A stretch of DNA of 64,000 bases. It comes from Octopus vulgaris (lineage: Eukaryota). The position numbers and the translations under genes are program-made. Every line of letters begins with the position of its first letter. Position 1 is the first letter of the stretch. The notes beneath the pieces were generated by a model. The model saw only the letters and a list, made by a program, of their open reading frames with translations. It searched no databases and was not told the origin of the DNA. The stretch is taken from contig OX597817.1 in NCBI GenBank assembly GCA_951406725.2, positions 166,718,001-166,782,000 of the forward strand, written 5' to 3'. Shown piece after piece: positions 12,545-26,794 of the stretch.

Positions 12545-13062
12545 GTTTGCCATTTGCAAATCACATCATATGGGATTATTTGTTGAAGAAAACGCTCCTT
12601 ACAAATTGTACTCAAGCAACAGCCGATCGGAAGTTATAGCTGTATTGCCTCTACAACATTAGTTTCCATCACCCTATTCGCAAATTAATGAACGTGCCTA
12701 AAGTTTACGTCGGTTCTTCCGTGTTGACATTGATGCCGTTCATAGCCAGCCGGAAAATTATCAATTCAATATGTGCAAAGGAAACTATAGGTGGAGTAGC
12801 GGAGAAATGTAGATCAGGAATTAAAAAAATCTAGCAACAACGTGGACCCCACTAAATGGGGCAGTGTTGAAACTAATCTCTGAAATGCATGGAAATATAA
12901 CAGACGACACAGTAGTACTCTATCCAACCCTCCATCTTCTCCGCTAACTATTCCAGGGAGGATCGTGGGAATAAAATACTCAGACACCCCTTCCATAGGG
13001 TCCTTTCAGAAGCAGTCTTCATTAGATTTTCTTGCTGGATTCCCATGTGTGCCAAGCCGAAA
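12545..13062 (+). pseudogene. Possible decayed CR1-like LINE 3' region
   Basis: Translation FQKQSSLDFLAGFPCVP weakly resembles the FKxxLDxFLxxIPDxP C-terminus of CR1-type ORF2. Heavily degraded. Confidence 0.3.
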
Positions 13063-13065
13063 CTA

Positions 13066-13530
<465 letters not shown>

Positions 13531-13830
13531 TATTATCCAACCATCACTTTCTTGGTTCTCCACCTCCACCACCTAGCTCTCTTGTCAGATAGCTCGGCTT
13601 GAAGAATTAATGAGGCATTTTTATCCTGTAACATTCTAATCACATGTCCGTAGTGCCAGAGCTGCGACCTCTCAGTACGAAGAAGTAGAGGTTCGACCTG
13701 AAGAGACACCCTGATACCCGAGCTATGCATCTTGTCGAGTAACATTACTTTAGAGATCCTTCGGTGGAAACCCCTTTTCGGCCGCTTCTGTTCTTGATCA
13801 TACTCTGCCGGTTATTATCCCAAATTCATG
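13531..13830 (-). pseudogene. RTE-clade LINE ORF 3' relic
   Basis: LQVEPLLLRTERSQLWHYGHVIRM matches the RTE C-terminal QLRWxGHVxRM motif. Confidence 0.7.
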
Positions 13831-14332
13831 ACTAGTAATTACAATTTGTTCTCATTTTGATGTCTATATCCACAAATAAGACCTGAATATTTTCTCTCTC
13901 AACCATCATAATCTATTTAAAATAATTTTCAGGTAATTTTGCTTGGAATGAGCTTGAAGTGAAATTCGTTGAGAAACACTTCTGAAAATCTTCATAAAAA
14001 ACACAGTAAAAAGTAGTTAGCCATATTGAGATGGCTAGTATACTTTACAGTAAAACAGTTATCTATTTATTCTCTTTGAGTTTCACATATTTAATATCAT
14101 AATATTTAGGTAAAGCTTTAGTAAATATCAAAACTTTTATTAGTTCGTTTTATTTCATAAGCTGTCACACTAAATTGCTTGACAACCACAATTTCTGCCA
14201 ATACAAATATGTACCTCAAATTTAAGGCTTAACTGCGTGGAAACTTCAGTTCATAAATGAAAATGAATATCTTAGCTGTAACATAGCAATTCAACTGAAC
14301 ACCATATGTGTGTGTTTGCATGTATGTGTCTG

Positions 14333-14419
<87 letters not shown>

Positions 14420-14817
14420 ACACACATATATATATATATAAAATTTTGGATTAAGAGAAAGGAACAAGAATTAAGAGAGAGTGAGTGAGAGACCAGTTGA
14501 CTGAGAGAGTGTGTATGAATGTCAGCAGTTGGTGTCAATGTATATATGCACAATATCTGAAAATCGTGACCAAAACTCGTTTGTATATCCTAACTTTACG
14601 ATGCGCTAAAGGACATTTTGGGGACAGTTGACGAAGCACTAATGAAAAGCACTTGTTTTGTTTTAACATCGTCATCGAAATATGTTTTGTATTCATTGGC
14701 CCCAAGTATAACAATGGACCTATGTTTGCTTCAAAATTCTCTTGTTTAAAAGTGTTTCCTTTTTTTTTCATTTTTGTCCATCATTTTAATATCCTTCCTT
14801 TTCCTTTTTCTCATTCT

Positions 14818-15463
14818 TTTTCTTTACTACCCACAAGGGGCCATACACAGAGAGGACAAACAAGGACAGACAAACGGATTAAGTCGAAACTTAAAATACC
14901 GTTGAATTTTTACAGGTATAGTGAGAAAAAAAGGGGCGGCCAGCTGGCAGAAATGTTAGCATGCCGTGCGAAATGCGTAGCCGTATTTCGTCTGCCGTTA
15001 CGTTCTGAGTTCAAATTCTGCCGAGGTCGACTTTACGGGGATGTAAACACACCATCACCGGTTGTCATACGATGGTTAGGGTCGAACACAGACAAACAAG
15101 CACATAATACATATGCTTCGTCCACACAACATGGACAAAAATTCTGAGTTCAAATTCCGCCGAGGTCGACTTTGCTTTTCATCCTTTTGGGGTCGATTAA
15201 ATAATTCAGAACGTAGCGGCAGACGAAATACCTATTTCTTTACTACTCACAAGGGGCTAAACACTGAGGGAATAAACAGGGACAAACAAACGGATTAAGT
15301 CGATTACATCGACCCCAGTGCGTAACTGGTACTTAATTTATCGACCCCGAAAGGATGAACGGCAAAGTCGACCTCGGTGGAATTTGAACTCAGAACGTAA
15401 CGGCAGACGAAATACCGCTAAGTATTTCGCCCGGCGCGCTAACGTCTCTGCCAGTTCGCCGCT
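14818..15463. mobile_element. Cluster of S2 SINE pieces in both orientations with an S1 fragment
   Basis: Minus tail 14818-14886, plus head 14933-15031, S1 piece 15033-15110, plus core 15140-15203, minus copy 15206-15463. Confidence 0.8.
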
Positions 15464-16199
15464 TTTTGACTCTGTTAGCCTTATCCAGTATTGAATGACA
15501 TCACCCTCGTTTAATACACTTTCAAACTATGACGTTATCTCCGACAGGACTAAACCTGGTCTCATATAAAAATTTTAATCTCCACATCTCTTACATTACG
15601 TTCTTCTTCCTTTTCTTCATTATCTTTTCCTGCGGCCCACCTCACCGATCATCTCAGGTGAATTTCTTTCTCTTTACAGGTTGTTTTTTCTTATTGCGTC
15701 TTCGGTATTTTTCTACAAGATTAACGCAAGCAGAACGATGCTCTAGACTTTATTTTCCGGTTCCTCTTAGTTTAAGCACATTTGAAAGGTCAAAGTTGAC
15801 CCATGACAATTCGGTGCTATGCTAATCAAATAACTACCCTCCTCTACTTCCTCCTCCTCCCGTCGCTCGTCCTCCTTTATGTCTTTGTCAGCCTGCCTGT
15901 CTGCCTGCCTGCCTCACTACTCTCTCCCCACCCTTTCATTTTATCCAGATATGTAACTCTCCATCTTTCTGTGCATGTATGTGACTATTTTCTCTCCTTC
16001 TTTCTCACTCTTCCTAGCTACGTAACCACCCCGTCTTTGTGTGTGTGTGTGTGTGTGTGTGAATACATTCATATATAGTGTGTGTGTGTGTGCGTGTGTG
16101 TGTGTGTGCGTGTGTGTGTGTGCGCGTATGTGCATTATGCATATATATTTACTGATAAGGTTGATAGGTGTATGGTAAACATGTGCGCCAGTTCGTGTC

Positions 16200-16920
16200 T
16201 CGGTGAAGGTTGTGGTGGTGGTCATGGTACTGATGGTGGTTGTGGTGTTGGTGCTGTTGGTGATGATAATTTAGTACTAGTGATAGTGGTATTGGTGATA
16301 GTGACATCGGTGGTAGCCACGATGGTCATAGTGGTAGTAGTGGTAGCGGCAACGGTGATTGTAGTGGTGAAGGCGGTGGTAGTGGTAGTGATTATGGTGG
16401 TAGTGGTGTTAGCGGTGGTGGTGGTGGTGGTGGTGGTGGTGGTGGTGGTGGTGGTGGTGAGGTGATAGAGATTGGAATTTGCCGGGGATAGTTTTGGTGA
16501 TATGTTAGTGACGGTAATAATGGTAGTAATGGTGGTCATAGTGATGGCGGTAGTGGTGGTGGTGGTGGTGGTGGTGGTGGTGGTGGTGGTGGTGGTGGTG
16601 GTGGTGGTGGTGGTGGTGGTGGTAGTGAGGTGATGGAGATGGGAATTTTCCGGGGGTAGTTTTGGTGATATATTGTTAGTGACGGTAATAATGGTAGCAA
16701 TGGTGGTCATAGTGATGGCGGTAGTGGTGGTCGTGGTCGTGGTCGTGGTGATGGTGGTGGTTGTGGTAGTGGTGGTGGTGAGGTGATAGAGATGTGAATT
16801 TTCCGGGGGGGTAGTTTTGGTGATATATTGTTAGCGATGGTGGCATGGACGATAATAAGGGTAATGGTGGTCATAGTGATGGCGATAGTGGTAGTGGTGG
16901 TGGTAGTGGCTTTGGTTGAA
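16200..16920. repeat. (GGT)n-rich region with three copies of a ~100-bp unit separated by GGT tracts
   Basis: gtgaggtgata(g)gagat...ggg...agttttggtgatat...gttag recurs at about 16457, 16626 and 16778. Confidence 0.85.
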
Positions 16921-17272
16921 GGTTTTGGTGGTAGCAATGGTGCCAGTGCTTCGCTGCTGCTGCTAGTGTTGGCCGTGCTGGTGGTGATTGGAGTACCGAG
17001 ATGATGTTGCAGTACAAACAATGTCAAATGCTCAAACAACAACAACAACAACCACAACACAATTACCCAACTTAAACAGAAATTCACACGATACTGTCAT
17101 ATAACAATGTTTAGTTAGGGACAACAACAATCAAAAATACGAAAAAAAACCATTCTGACCTCATCATAGACACGTGTGTTTATTTGCATGCCGGTTTCCC
17201 TCCACATTTTGGATTGCCATGTCTAGATGTGCGTAAATTGTTGTTTTTTGTTGCTTTTTATGCATCCTATCG

Positions 17273-18142
17273 ACTAGACATGGTCAAAGGCGTTCCAGCC
17301 TCGACTACCCCACCTTAAATATATATTTTTTCTATATTTCTTTTAGCTTTTTGTAAAATAAATTTTCATCAGTTGAGTGTTTCAGATTTTCTATCAGTAA
17401 AACGGTATATTGTTGAACTAGTACTAAAGTGGCCGAGTATTCCAGAGATACTTGTATCTTTAGTCCAACTTTATGGGAGAATCAATGTGACTAAATATAA
17501 TAATAATAAATGCGCCCTTATAAAGCCTAACCAGGCTCATGGGCCCGGTTTCTTTATCTACTAGACGAGGTCAAAGGCGTTCCAACCTGGACTAACCCAC
17601 CTTAAATATATATTTTTTCTAAATTTCTTTCAGCTTTTTGTAAAATAAATTTTCATCAGTTTTGATGATGAGTGTTTCAGATTTTCTATCAGTAAAACGG
17701 TATATTGTTGAACTAGTACTAAAGTGGCCGAGTATTCCAGAGATACTTGTATCTTTAGTTCAACATTATGGAAGAATCAATGTGACTAAATATAATAATA
17801 ATAAATGCGCCCTTTTAAAGCCTAACCAGGCTCATGGGCCCGGTTTCCTTATCTACTAGACAAGGTCAAAGGCGTTCCAGCCTCGACTATCCCACCTTAA
17901 ATATATATTTTTTCTATATTTCTTTCAGCTTTTTGTAAAATAGATTTTCATCGGTTTTGGTGATGAGTGTTTCAGATTTTCTATCAATAAAACGGTATAT
18001 TGTTGAACTAGTATTTAAGTGGCTGAGTATTCCAGAGATACTTGTATCTTTAGTGCAACTTTATGGGAGAATCAATGTGACTAAATATAATAATAATAAA
18101 TGCGCCCTTTTCAAAGCTTAACCAGGCTCATGGGCCCGGTTT
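17273..18142. repeat. Tandem triplication of a ~290-bp unit
   Basis: actagaca/gaggtcaaaggcgttcc begins units at 17273, 17560 and 17855. Each unit ends in the SINE tail ccaggctcatgggcccggtttc. Confidence 0.93.
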
Positions 18143-18348
18143 CCCGATTTCTATGGCGTATGTGTTCCCCAGCTGGACGGGACGCCAGTCCATCGCAGCG
18201 TTGCTCATTTTTGCCAGCTGAGTGGACTGGAGCAACGTTAAATGAAGTGTTTTGCTCAAGAACACAACGCGTCGCCCGGTCCAGGAATCGAAACCACAAT
18301 CTTACGATCATGATGCTAATACCCTAACCACTAAGCCACGCGCTTCCA
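18090..18348 (-). mobile_element. tRNA-derived SINE, family S3 (Meta-domain-like), full length
   Basis: Minus strand: gtGGCTTAGTGGtt, GTTTCGATTCC, central ctgcgatggactggcgtcccgtccag, (TTA)n tail. Confidence 0.85.
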
Positions 18349-18364
18349 CATATTGATATACACG

Positions 18365-18480
18365 GTTCTAGGTAATTTGACTCCTAGTAATCTCACTCCC
18401 GGTATTTTGGCTCCGTTAATTTGACCCCCGGTAATTTGACTTCCAGTCAATTCCACTCCCGGTAATTTCACTTCTAATAT
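18365..18480. repeat. Degenerate 15-bp minisatellite (consensus near GGTAATTTGACTCCC)
   Basis: About seven units with 15-nt periodicity. Confidence 0.7.
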
Positions 18481-19745
18481 TAGAAAAATGAAGAATAAGA
18501 CCTCCACGTGACTAAATATACAACGCCATATTTGATTTACAAAGACAAACCATTCGACGAACACCCTTATAATATCTGTCAGGTTGCCAGAATCGAACCG
18601 AGTTTCTAGTAAGAGACAACACGCTTTCCCGAAAAACCACGCAACGGAATCGAAAACCGTTGAGTGTTGAGCTTTAGCTGAACTACTTGCACAAATGATT
18701 TATTTATAGTTATGAAATGTGCCGTACATTATCTCACTCCCTCTATCAAATCGACGTTGCCTGAACAGGGTTTACGGTATACCACACGTTAGTTGTCGGA
18801 CTGATCGCAGAGAAAGTGAAGTGAATAAAGTCGATTAAATCAACTGAGACGATCAGAAAGGATGCGTCTACACGGTCGATCAATTTGCTAAAAATTACAG
18901 CGAAACCCCTCTAACTATCATTTAGAATAAAGAAAGACACATTGGAAAATGTAATTTCTGGTATACACGAAAATACTACTGGATATTCACGAAAGGAACG
19001 CCTTTAATTATAAGTATGATTGCTCAAGAATGATGACAACAACAAAACAACATCAACAACAGCAAAGGAGATTTATTTATTTCGCCCAGATGGGGATATA
19101 ATACTATCGGTGTTAACTATATTGACACCGATGAAATTAATTCTAACACAAAAGGGCTTAACTGAATACAGAAATACATTTGATTCATCATTTTAACAAT
19201 TCCTGATTTTCTAATACACATTTCTAACATTGGTTTGAGACTAGACATTAATAGAATAAGGACTGTAAATCTTTATTGAATCGATAAACACTAATCTGTA
19301 TTTTTTTCTTTTGTGTCCCATTACTCACAAGCCGCTTACCCGGTTTCATGGAGGTATAAGTGCCAGAGACCAACATTTCCCTGAACGAGACACCGATCTG
19401 TTTCAGTGCTTAAGGTCAACCATTTTTGAGAGGAGAAGTCGAGTACCTCGACTCCAGTATTTAACAAGTATTTTGTTTTATCGACCCCGAAGGGATGAAA
19501 GATAAAGTTGATAACGGGAGGATTTGACCTCAGAATGTAAAAATCCGAAAAAAATACCTCTAAACGTTTTGTTCGATGTACTAATAATTCTGCCAGAACT
19601 TCCCTACATCAATGGTTAGTATTTACTTATCTTACAACACCAAGAACCTATAACAGTAAAGTAACAAAATTGTCCAATCAACAACCGGTGTGTGTTTAGG
19701 TATGCAAACTATATTTGACCAAGATGGCACATAATTCCAGAATAA

Positions 19746-20145
19746 GGCGGCGAGCTGGCAGAAACGTTAGCACGCCGGGCGAAATGCTTAGCGGTATTTC
19801 GTCTGCGTTACGTTGTGAGTTCAAATTCCGCCGAGGTCGACTTTGCCTTCCATCATTTCGGGGTCGATAAATTAAGTACCAGTTACGCACTGGGGTCGAT
19901 GTAATCGACTTAATACCTATGTCTGTCCTTGTTTGTCCCCTCTGTGTTTAGCCCCTTGTGGGTAATAAAGAAATAGGTATTTCGTCTCCCGCTATGTTCT
20001 GAGTTCAAATTCTGCCGAGGTCGACTTTGCCTTTCATCCTTTCGGGGTCAATTAAATAAGTACCAGTTACTCACTGGGGTCGATATAATCGACTTAATCC
20101 GTTTGTCTGCCCTTGTTTGTCCCCTTGTGGGTAGTAAAGAAATAG
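19746..20145 (+). mobile_element. S2 SINE (Nin-like domain) with tandemly duplicated body
   Basis: ggcggcgagctggcagaaacgttagc head. gccgaggtcgactttgcctttcatcctttcggggtcg core occurs twice. Confidence 0.9.
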
Positions 20146-21276
20146 GCACATAATTTCAGAATATCAACTACAGATGAGCTAGCTTTGTTTATTCATTCGA
20201 TCCCTGGTTTGGAACGTAGCTAATTACGCTTAACCATTAATCGTCACAGACAGTCAATCAGTACAGCACTCTACTGTCAAACCATTACCATGCAATACCA
20301 TTCGAACATAATTTGTTAATAAACATAATGTTTAATTCTTAAAAACGCTGAATTGCTAACTCCCTACTCATGAAAAATGTTCGTCTTATATTTATTGTAC
20401 GGAGATTTCAGTTGTGAGCAGAGGTTAGAGGTTAAATGTTAGTCGAAGTGGCATGTTTTGACAAGCTGGCGGCCACGAGTGTGTGTAAACAAAATGGCGA
20501 CTGTATAGTTATGGTTAAACAAACAACGATGTTTGATACATTAGTGTAAATAGAATATGTTGTATTACACACGGTATACGTTTGTCTGAGTGGAATGCGT
20601 GATATATATGTATATATTCATATTTGATGTTATGTGTGTATTCATATATATACATATATGAGTTGATGGTACGTTTGTGCCTCTACCTCCTGCATTTTGC
20701 TAACGCTAATACGTCAATGAAAATCGAGAATTTCGATTCACTTGCACCACATTCTTGTCAATGAGTTCTCTTAGTTCTCTTCCCAAGATTTATTCGATCG
20801 GTTAGGCCCGATTTACAAGGAATAAAAATAAAAATTTGTTGCATTTTGCATATCAGAATAGGAAGACGTATTGCGCGTGTGTGTGTGTGTGTGTGTGCGT
20901 GTGTGTGAACATTATAGAAAATCATAACCATGCAAGCACAATGTGAAGATGAGAAAATGAGCAAAGAACCGACCACGAGAATCAAACCAATCATTTGTTG
21001 CGATTTATCAATTAATTAGAAAACCTTGAAATTCGCTTTTTTCCACCGTTCTACAATCTACAACCGCTTTTCAGGATTGAAGATTAGTATTTGTGGATTT
21101 GGCCAATCCACAATCGTTCTTATAAATATTGATTTCTAAAATTGGTCACAAATTTGTACAATACCTTGATAGAGTATATCGACACCAGTATTAAACTGGT
21201 ATATATTTTTACTAATCTTGGAAGGACAAATGTTCTAGTTAATCTCAGATGATTTATGTAAATTTAGAATATTAAG

Positions 21277-21570
21277 TTCAATAAATATTAATATAACATA
21301 ACATCAAGCGCCGAGTAAAAAATATGTGTGTAAAATGGATTATATACAATAGAAATACAAAATGGCTGACGGTTAGTAAGGAGAGACACAAATAAGTAAG
21401 AAGAAAACAAAGGACCACTGATGCGGTCACAGGAGTGTGACGAAAGAACTCTGGCCGAAATAAGATTAAGATTAATGTAAAAAATAAATATCACTGAAAC
21501 AAAATAACACAAAATATATAGTGCGTGTGTTTTTATTGGCTAAACTGGCAATATGACCATTCCGAAATAT

Positions 21571-21615
<45 letters not shown>

Positions 21616-21679
21616 CCATTTTACACACATATATTTTTTACTCGGCGTTTGATGTTATGTTATATCAATATTTATTGAA
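21277..21679. mobile_element. Penelope pLTR-like fragment bounded by ~70-bp inverted repeats, with a hammerhead-like motif at 21412-21456
   Basis: Arms 21277-21346 and 21608-21679 are reverse complements. Internal GGACCA-CTGATGCG-GTCACA ggag TGTGAC-GAAA-GAAC-TC-TGGCC. Confidence 0.65.
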
Positions 21680-21687
21680 ATTAATGG

Positions 21688-21722
<35 letters not shown>

Positions 21723-22012
21723 CTCAACTCTCTACTAATGAATAATTTAAAATGCTGTTGGATTTTCCCCATAAGGTATTGGAATCTTACATATATACCA
21801 TTCTGCCTAAAAAATGGATCTACAAATTCAATATCCCTACATATCTCACATCTGTTTTCTTTCCTCCACCTCACTGTCTATTTTGTCTCCTATCTAAATT
21901 AACTATTACTTAACCATCCTCTCACACCGTCTCTGATGAAGGGATATAATCAATAAATATCCTGGATATCTACACAGCCCTGATTTTTTTTTCTCATTAC
22001 GCAAAAAGTTCT

Positions 22013-22049
<37 letters not shown>

Positions 22050-22189
22050 GCGTGCGTGTGTGTATGTGTGTATGTGTGTTTATAGTAGTGTAGATTTTAT
22101 ATTCTGTATATGTGTGCGTGATGTCATAATCTACCTCAACCATTGTCACAGTATTCAACATATCCAACCAAAAAAACTTGTTAGTGGTC

Positions 22190-22322
22190 TTGGCTTTATC
22201 AACCCCAAAAGGACGGAAAGCAAAGTCCACCGCGACGGAATTTGAACTCAGAATGTAAAGACGGACGAAATACCACCAAGCATTTCATCCGGCATACTTA
22301 CGATTCTGCCAGCTCACCGCCT
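22190..22322 (-). mobile_element. S2 SINE fragment
   Basis: gcaaagtccaccgcgacggaatttgaactcagaatgtaaag...ctgccagctcaccgcc. Confidence 0.75.
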
Positions 22323-22914
22323 TATATATATATATCCAACCTTACAATGCCACTACAAACTACACTGTACTGCCACACTATCCACCACTATCCCAGTACT
22401 ACATCCACAACTTTATTACTACTGCATCTACCACAGCAGCCAACACCCATACCATATACACTAGAATCGTATTTTTTTTTACTACTTCTCTTAACACTTG
22501 CACACTTCCCCGTACATTTCCTTATTTCTCTCTCTCTCTCTCTCTCTCACTCCTGCTCTCCCTCCCCCTCTCTTTCTCTTCTCCCTTTTGCATTTTGTTT
22601 TCGCTTTCTAAATCCCATCACGTTACCACCCAGCCATGTCATTTCCACGGCGACGACAATGACACAACCAGTGATCAAACAACAGTATCGATTTATTACT
22701 GATTAAAACAGTGATACGGAGGGTAATCTGCCTTCTCCCGAGAGGAGCGATGGGACAGCGTAGAGAGGATGACGAAAGGGTCAAATTACAACGATAGGAT
22801 GTGGTGATGGTGGTGGTGGTTGTGGTGGTGGGGGGATGCAGGGTGTTCTGGGGATTTGAGGATTTGTCGTCACAGCATGGTGGCCTCATATCTACACAAT
22901 CCGACGTAGTAGCG

Positions 22915-23083
22915 ACGTTAGTAGTAGTAGTAGTAGTGATGGTGGTGGTGGTGGTGGTGGTGGTGGTGGTGGTGGTGGTCGTCGTCGTCGTCGTCGTGGT
23001 AGTAGTAGTAGTAGTAGTAGTAGTGGTCGTCGTCGTAGTAGTAGTAGTAGTCGTGGTGGTGGTGGGCATCGTCGTCGTAGTAA

Positions 23084-23134
<51 letters not shown>

Positions 23135-23170
23135 CAGCAGTAGTAGTAGTAGTAGTAGTAGCAGTAGTAT
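22915..23170. repeat. Compound (GTA/GTG/GTC)n microsatellite
   Basis: Directly visible. Confidence 0.97.
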
Positions 23171-23675
23171 AGTGAGATTGCAGATATGGTGACAGCTACA
23201 GAATTAGTAGCTATAGAATTAGTGATTTAAGGTCGTTGAAAAAACTAACTGTTATTATGGTGTTATTATGGTGGTTGTTGTTGTTGTTGTTGTTGTTGTT
23301 GTCGTTATTGTTGTTGTTGTTGTTGTTATTGTGTAGGTAGCTATCTTGATGGCGTTTACAATGGTTGCCATAGCCATGGTGATTGTCGTTGTAGTTGGCA
23401 TCTTATTTTTGACTGTTGCGATGATAACTTAGGTGTAATTGTCGTTAGCGTTTAGCCTAGGTCGAACCTGATCACGCAGACCTATGATCAAAAGTATTTC
23501 TGGAATCACTCTCTCGTTCGTTATTTGACTACAAGGCTTGTTATACAGCGTTTCGTTCCCTTTTTCAAAACTGAAGGATGAGATTTGAGGAGAAGCTGTT
23601 TTCTATTTCTAGCAGAGAGAAAAGCCGGCTAGAGGCTTTCTATATCTTGATGGTAATTATAGTAATATATTCGGT

Positions 23676-23737
<62 letters not shown>

Positions 23738-24365
23738 TCGTTCTATGATAGGCACAAGGTTCGAAATTTTGTGGGGAGGGGCTAGTCGATTACGTCGATC
23801 CCCAGTACTCAGATGGTATTTATTTTGTTGATTCCAAAAGGGTGAACGTCAGCTCACCGCCTTAGTACTTGTAATTGATATACCAACATGGCGTTATAAA
23901 TGATAACTGGGTCTCCATTGTTTTCGATGATGACTCTTCAAAGGAACTACCCGCTCATTGGATACACTTTTATGTGTATATTCGACATATATGTGTAATC
24001 TCAGGCAGAATCAGAGTATTATCAGCATAATATAGTTGTGATAAACCTGGCTCATTTGAATTACGTTAGAATCCCACAACAGTTTCTGTCTAATTTCATT
24101 CACAAGACTTGAGTAATCCTGAAACTATAGCGAAAAACATATATTGAAAGTGTCACGCGTTGCAGTGTGAGTCACGACCTTGTGATTGTGAGGTGAATTT
24201 CGTAACAATTTCATTATGTTCATTAAGGTGAGAACGATGGTTATACGTTTACCATAAAAGATTATAATTTGCCTTAATTTACTTTTAAAATAAATTTCAG
24301 TCTTCATATTTCGTGTGCTGATAAATTATTTCCGCACATATTTCTCAATACTCACAGTTTCTAAA

Positions 24366-25200
24366 AGCTGCGAGCTGGCAGAAACGTTAGCACGCCGAGC
24401 GAAATGTTTAGCAATATTTCGTCTGCCGCTATGTTCTGAGTTCAAATTCCGTCGAGGTTGACTTTGCCTTTCATCCTTTCGGGGTCGATTAAATAAGTAC
24501 CAGTTACGCATTGGGGTCGATATAATCGACTTAATATGTGTGTCTGTCCTTGTTTGTCCTCTCTGTGTTTAGCCCCTTGTGGGTAATAAAGAAACAGGTA
24601 TTTCGTCTGTCGTTATGTTGTGAGTTCAAATTCCGCTGAGGTCGACTTTGCCTTTCACCCTTTCGGGGTCGATAAATTAAGTATCAGTTTCGCACTGAGG
24701 ACGATGTAATCGACGTAATTTGTCCTTATTTGTCCCCTCTATGTTTAACCCCTTGTTGAAAATAAAGAAATAAGAATCGTTAGCATGCCGGGCGAAATGC
24801 TTAGCAGTATTTCGACTGACTTTACGTTCTGAGTTCAAATTCCGCCGAGGTCAACTTTGCCTTTCATTCTTTTGGGGTCGGTAAATTAAGTACCAGTTGC
24901 GTACTTGGGCTCATCTAATCGACTGACCTCCTTCCCAAAATTACGGGCCTTGTGCCTAGAGTAGAATAGAATATTCACAGTTTCTAAAACGGCAAGCTAG
25001 CATAATCGATAGCATGTTGGACAAAATGCTTTGCGGTATTTCGTCCGTCTTCACGTTCTGTGTTCAAATTCCACCGGTATTGACTTTTAACCTTCGTCCT
25101 TTCGATACTGATAAAATAAGTACAAGTTGAGCACAGGGGTCGATATAATCGACTCGCTCCATCGCCCGGAATCACTGGTCATGTGCCAAAACTTAAAATC
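24366..25200 (+). mobile_element. Tandem array of S2 SINE units (about four cores)
   Basis: Nin-like core repeated at about 24450, 24635, 24845 and, degenerate, 25070. Confidence 0.88.
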
Positions 25201-26059
25201 AAAATTTAAAGTTTCCATTTCGCTGGGTGGCAGAAGGAAAAGATATTTTATGATGTTCGACTATGTCGCGTTAAGCTTTGAGTTCAAATCCTACAGTAGT
25301 TCACTTAGCAAGTCATCCTTTCAGAGTTGATAAAATGCATTGATCAGGAATTGACTAAATCGAGCATTTTACCTCTTTATTTTTTTTATTCGGATGGCTA
25401 TTTGGTTAAAATATTTACTTTTTGATTAAATATAATTTTATCTGTTTTACTATTCAATTTTAAATAAAGAGAATTTAAGTAAAAGTGCCAATGCATAATA
25501 ATAAATTTTGTACGAATAATTGTATGCAGTTTTATGGGAACTCTGCTTAATCGCTAGCAGCAGTGAAGAACTAGGAACGGCAAATAGCAAAGGGGCTTAT
25601 TAGTGAAGGACACCGGGGATGTGAACGGCAAAAGAACTGCTATGAATAACAAGAAACTAGTTGTGACTGATGTCGGGAAAAACAAATAATTAGACAGAGA
25701 ATAGAATTCATAGAATGATAGAAGCTTCTATGATATGAGGCGAAGTGAGTTTTGATGGTGAATGCAGTATCTTTTTTCTAAGTGATGAGAAGAATCTGAG
25801 ATCTAGTTTGACTAGAGAACCATAGATTATGATAAATAGTGAAGAAAAAAAGATGTATCACCCAAATTAAATAAATAAGCATAACTAAAAACTAATCAGC
25901 TTTTAGTTATAAAATACGTCAAATAACTCCATAGGAATTCAATCGAAATGCCCCTGAATGGGAATAATCTTTAACAGCTGGAAATGAAACCGTACAAATT
26001 TGGGGGAAATTGATCGAAATTTTGTAAGGATTATTCTCGGCAGAGCTTCCATAGGTAGT

Positions 26060-26202
26060 ATCTACTACTATTACTACTACTACTACTACTATTACAACTA
26101 CTGCCACTACTGCTGCTGCTGCTGCACAACTACTGCTGCTGCTGCTAAACTACTGCCACTACTGCTGCTGCTGCACAGCGCGGCTGCTGCTGCTACTGCT
26201 GC

Positions 26203-26243
<41 letters not shown>

Positions 26244-26313
26244 CAGCAGCAACAACTGCTGCTGCTGCTGCTGCTGCTGCTGCTACTGCCGCCGCTGCTG
26301 CTGCTGCTGCGCC

Positions 26314-26360
<47 letters not shown>

Positions 26361-26462
26361 AACAACTACTGCCACTACTGCTGCTGCTGCTGCCCTACTG
26401 CTACTGCTGCTGCTGCTGCTGCTGCTGCTACTACTACTGCTGCTGCTGCTGCTGCCACAACA

Positions 26463-26496
<34 letters not shown>

Positions 26497-26525
26497 ATAC
26501 TACCACCACTGCTGCTGCTGCCACA

Positions 26526-26556
<31 letters not shown>

Positions 26557-26588
26557 ATACTACCACCACTGCTGCTGCTGCTGCCACA

Positions 26589-26672
<84 letters not shown>

Positions 26673-26790
26673 AACTACTACTACTACTACCACCACTACT
26701 GCTGCTGCTGCTGCCACAACTACTACTACTACTACTACTACTACTACGACGACGACTACGATGACGCCGACGACGACAACGACGACGTTG
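26060..26790. repeat. Compound (CTA/CTG/CGA)n microsatellite with higher-order repeated blocks
   Basis: Directly visible. The block gctgccacaac(tac)n...caccactgctg is reiterated. Confidence 0.97.
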
Positions 26791-26794
26791 TGGT

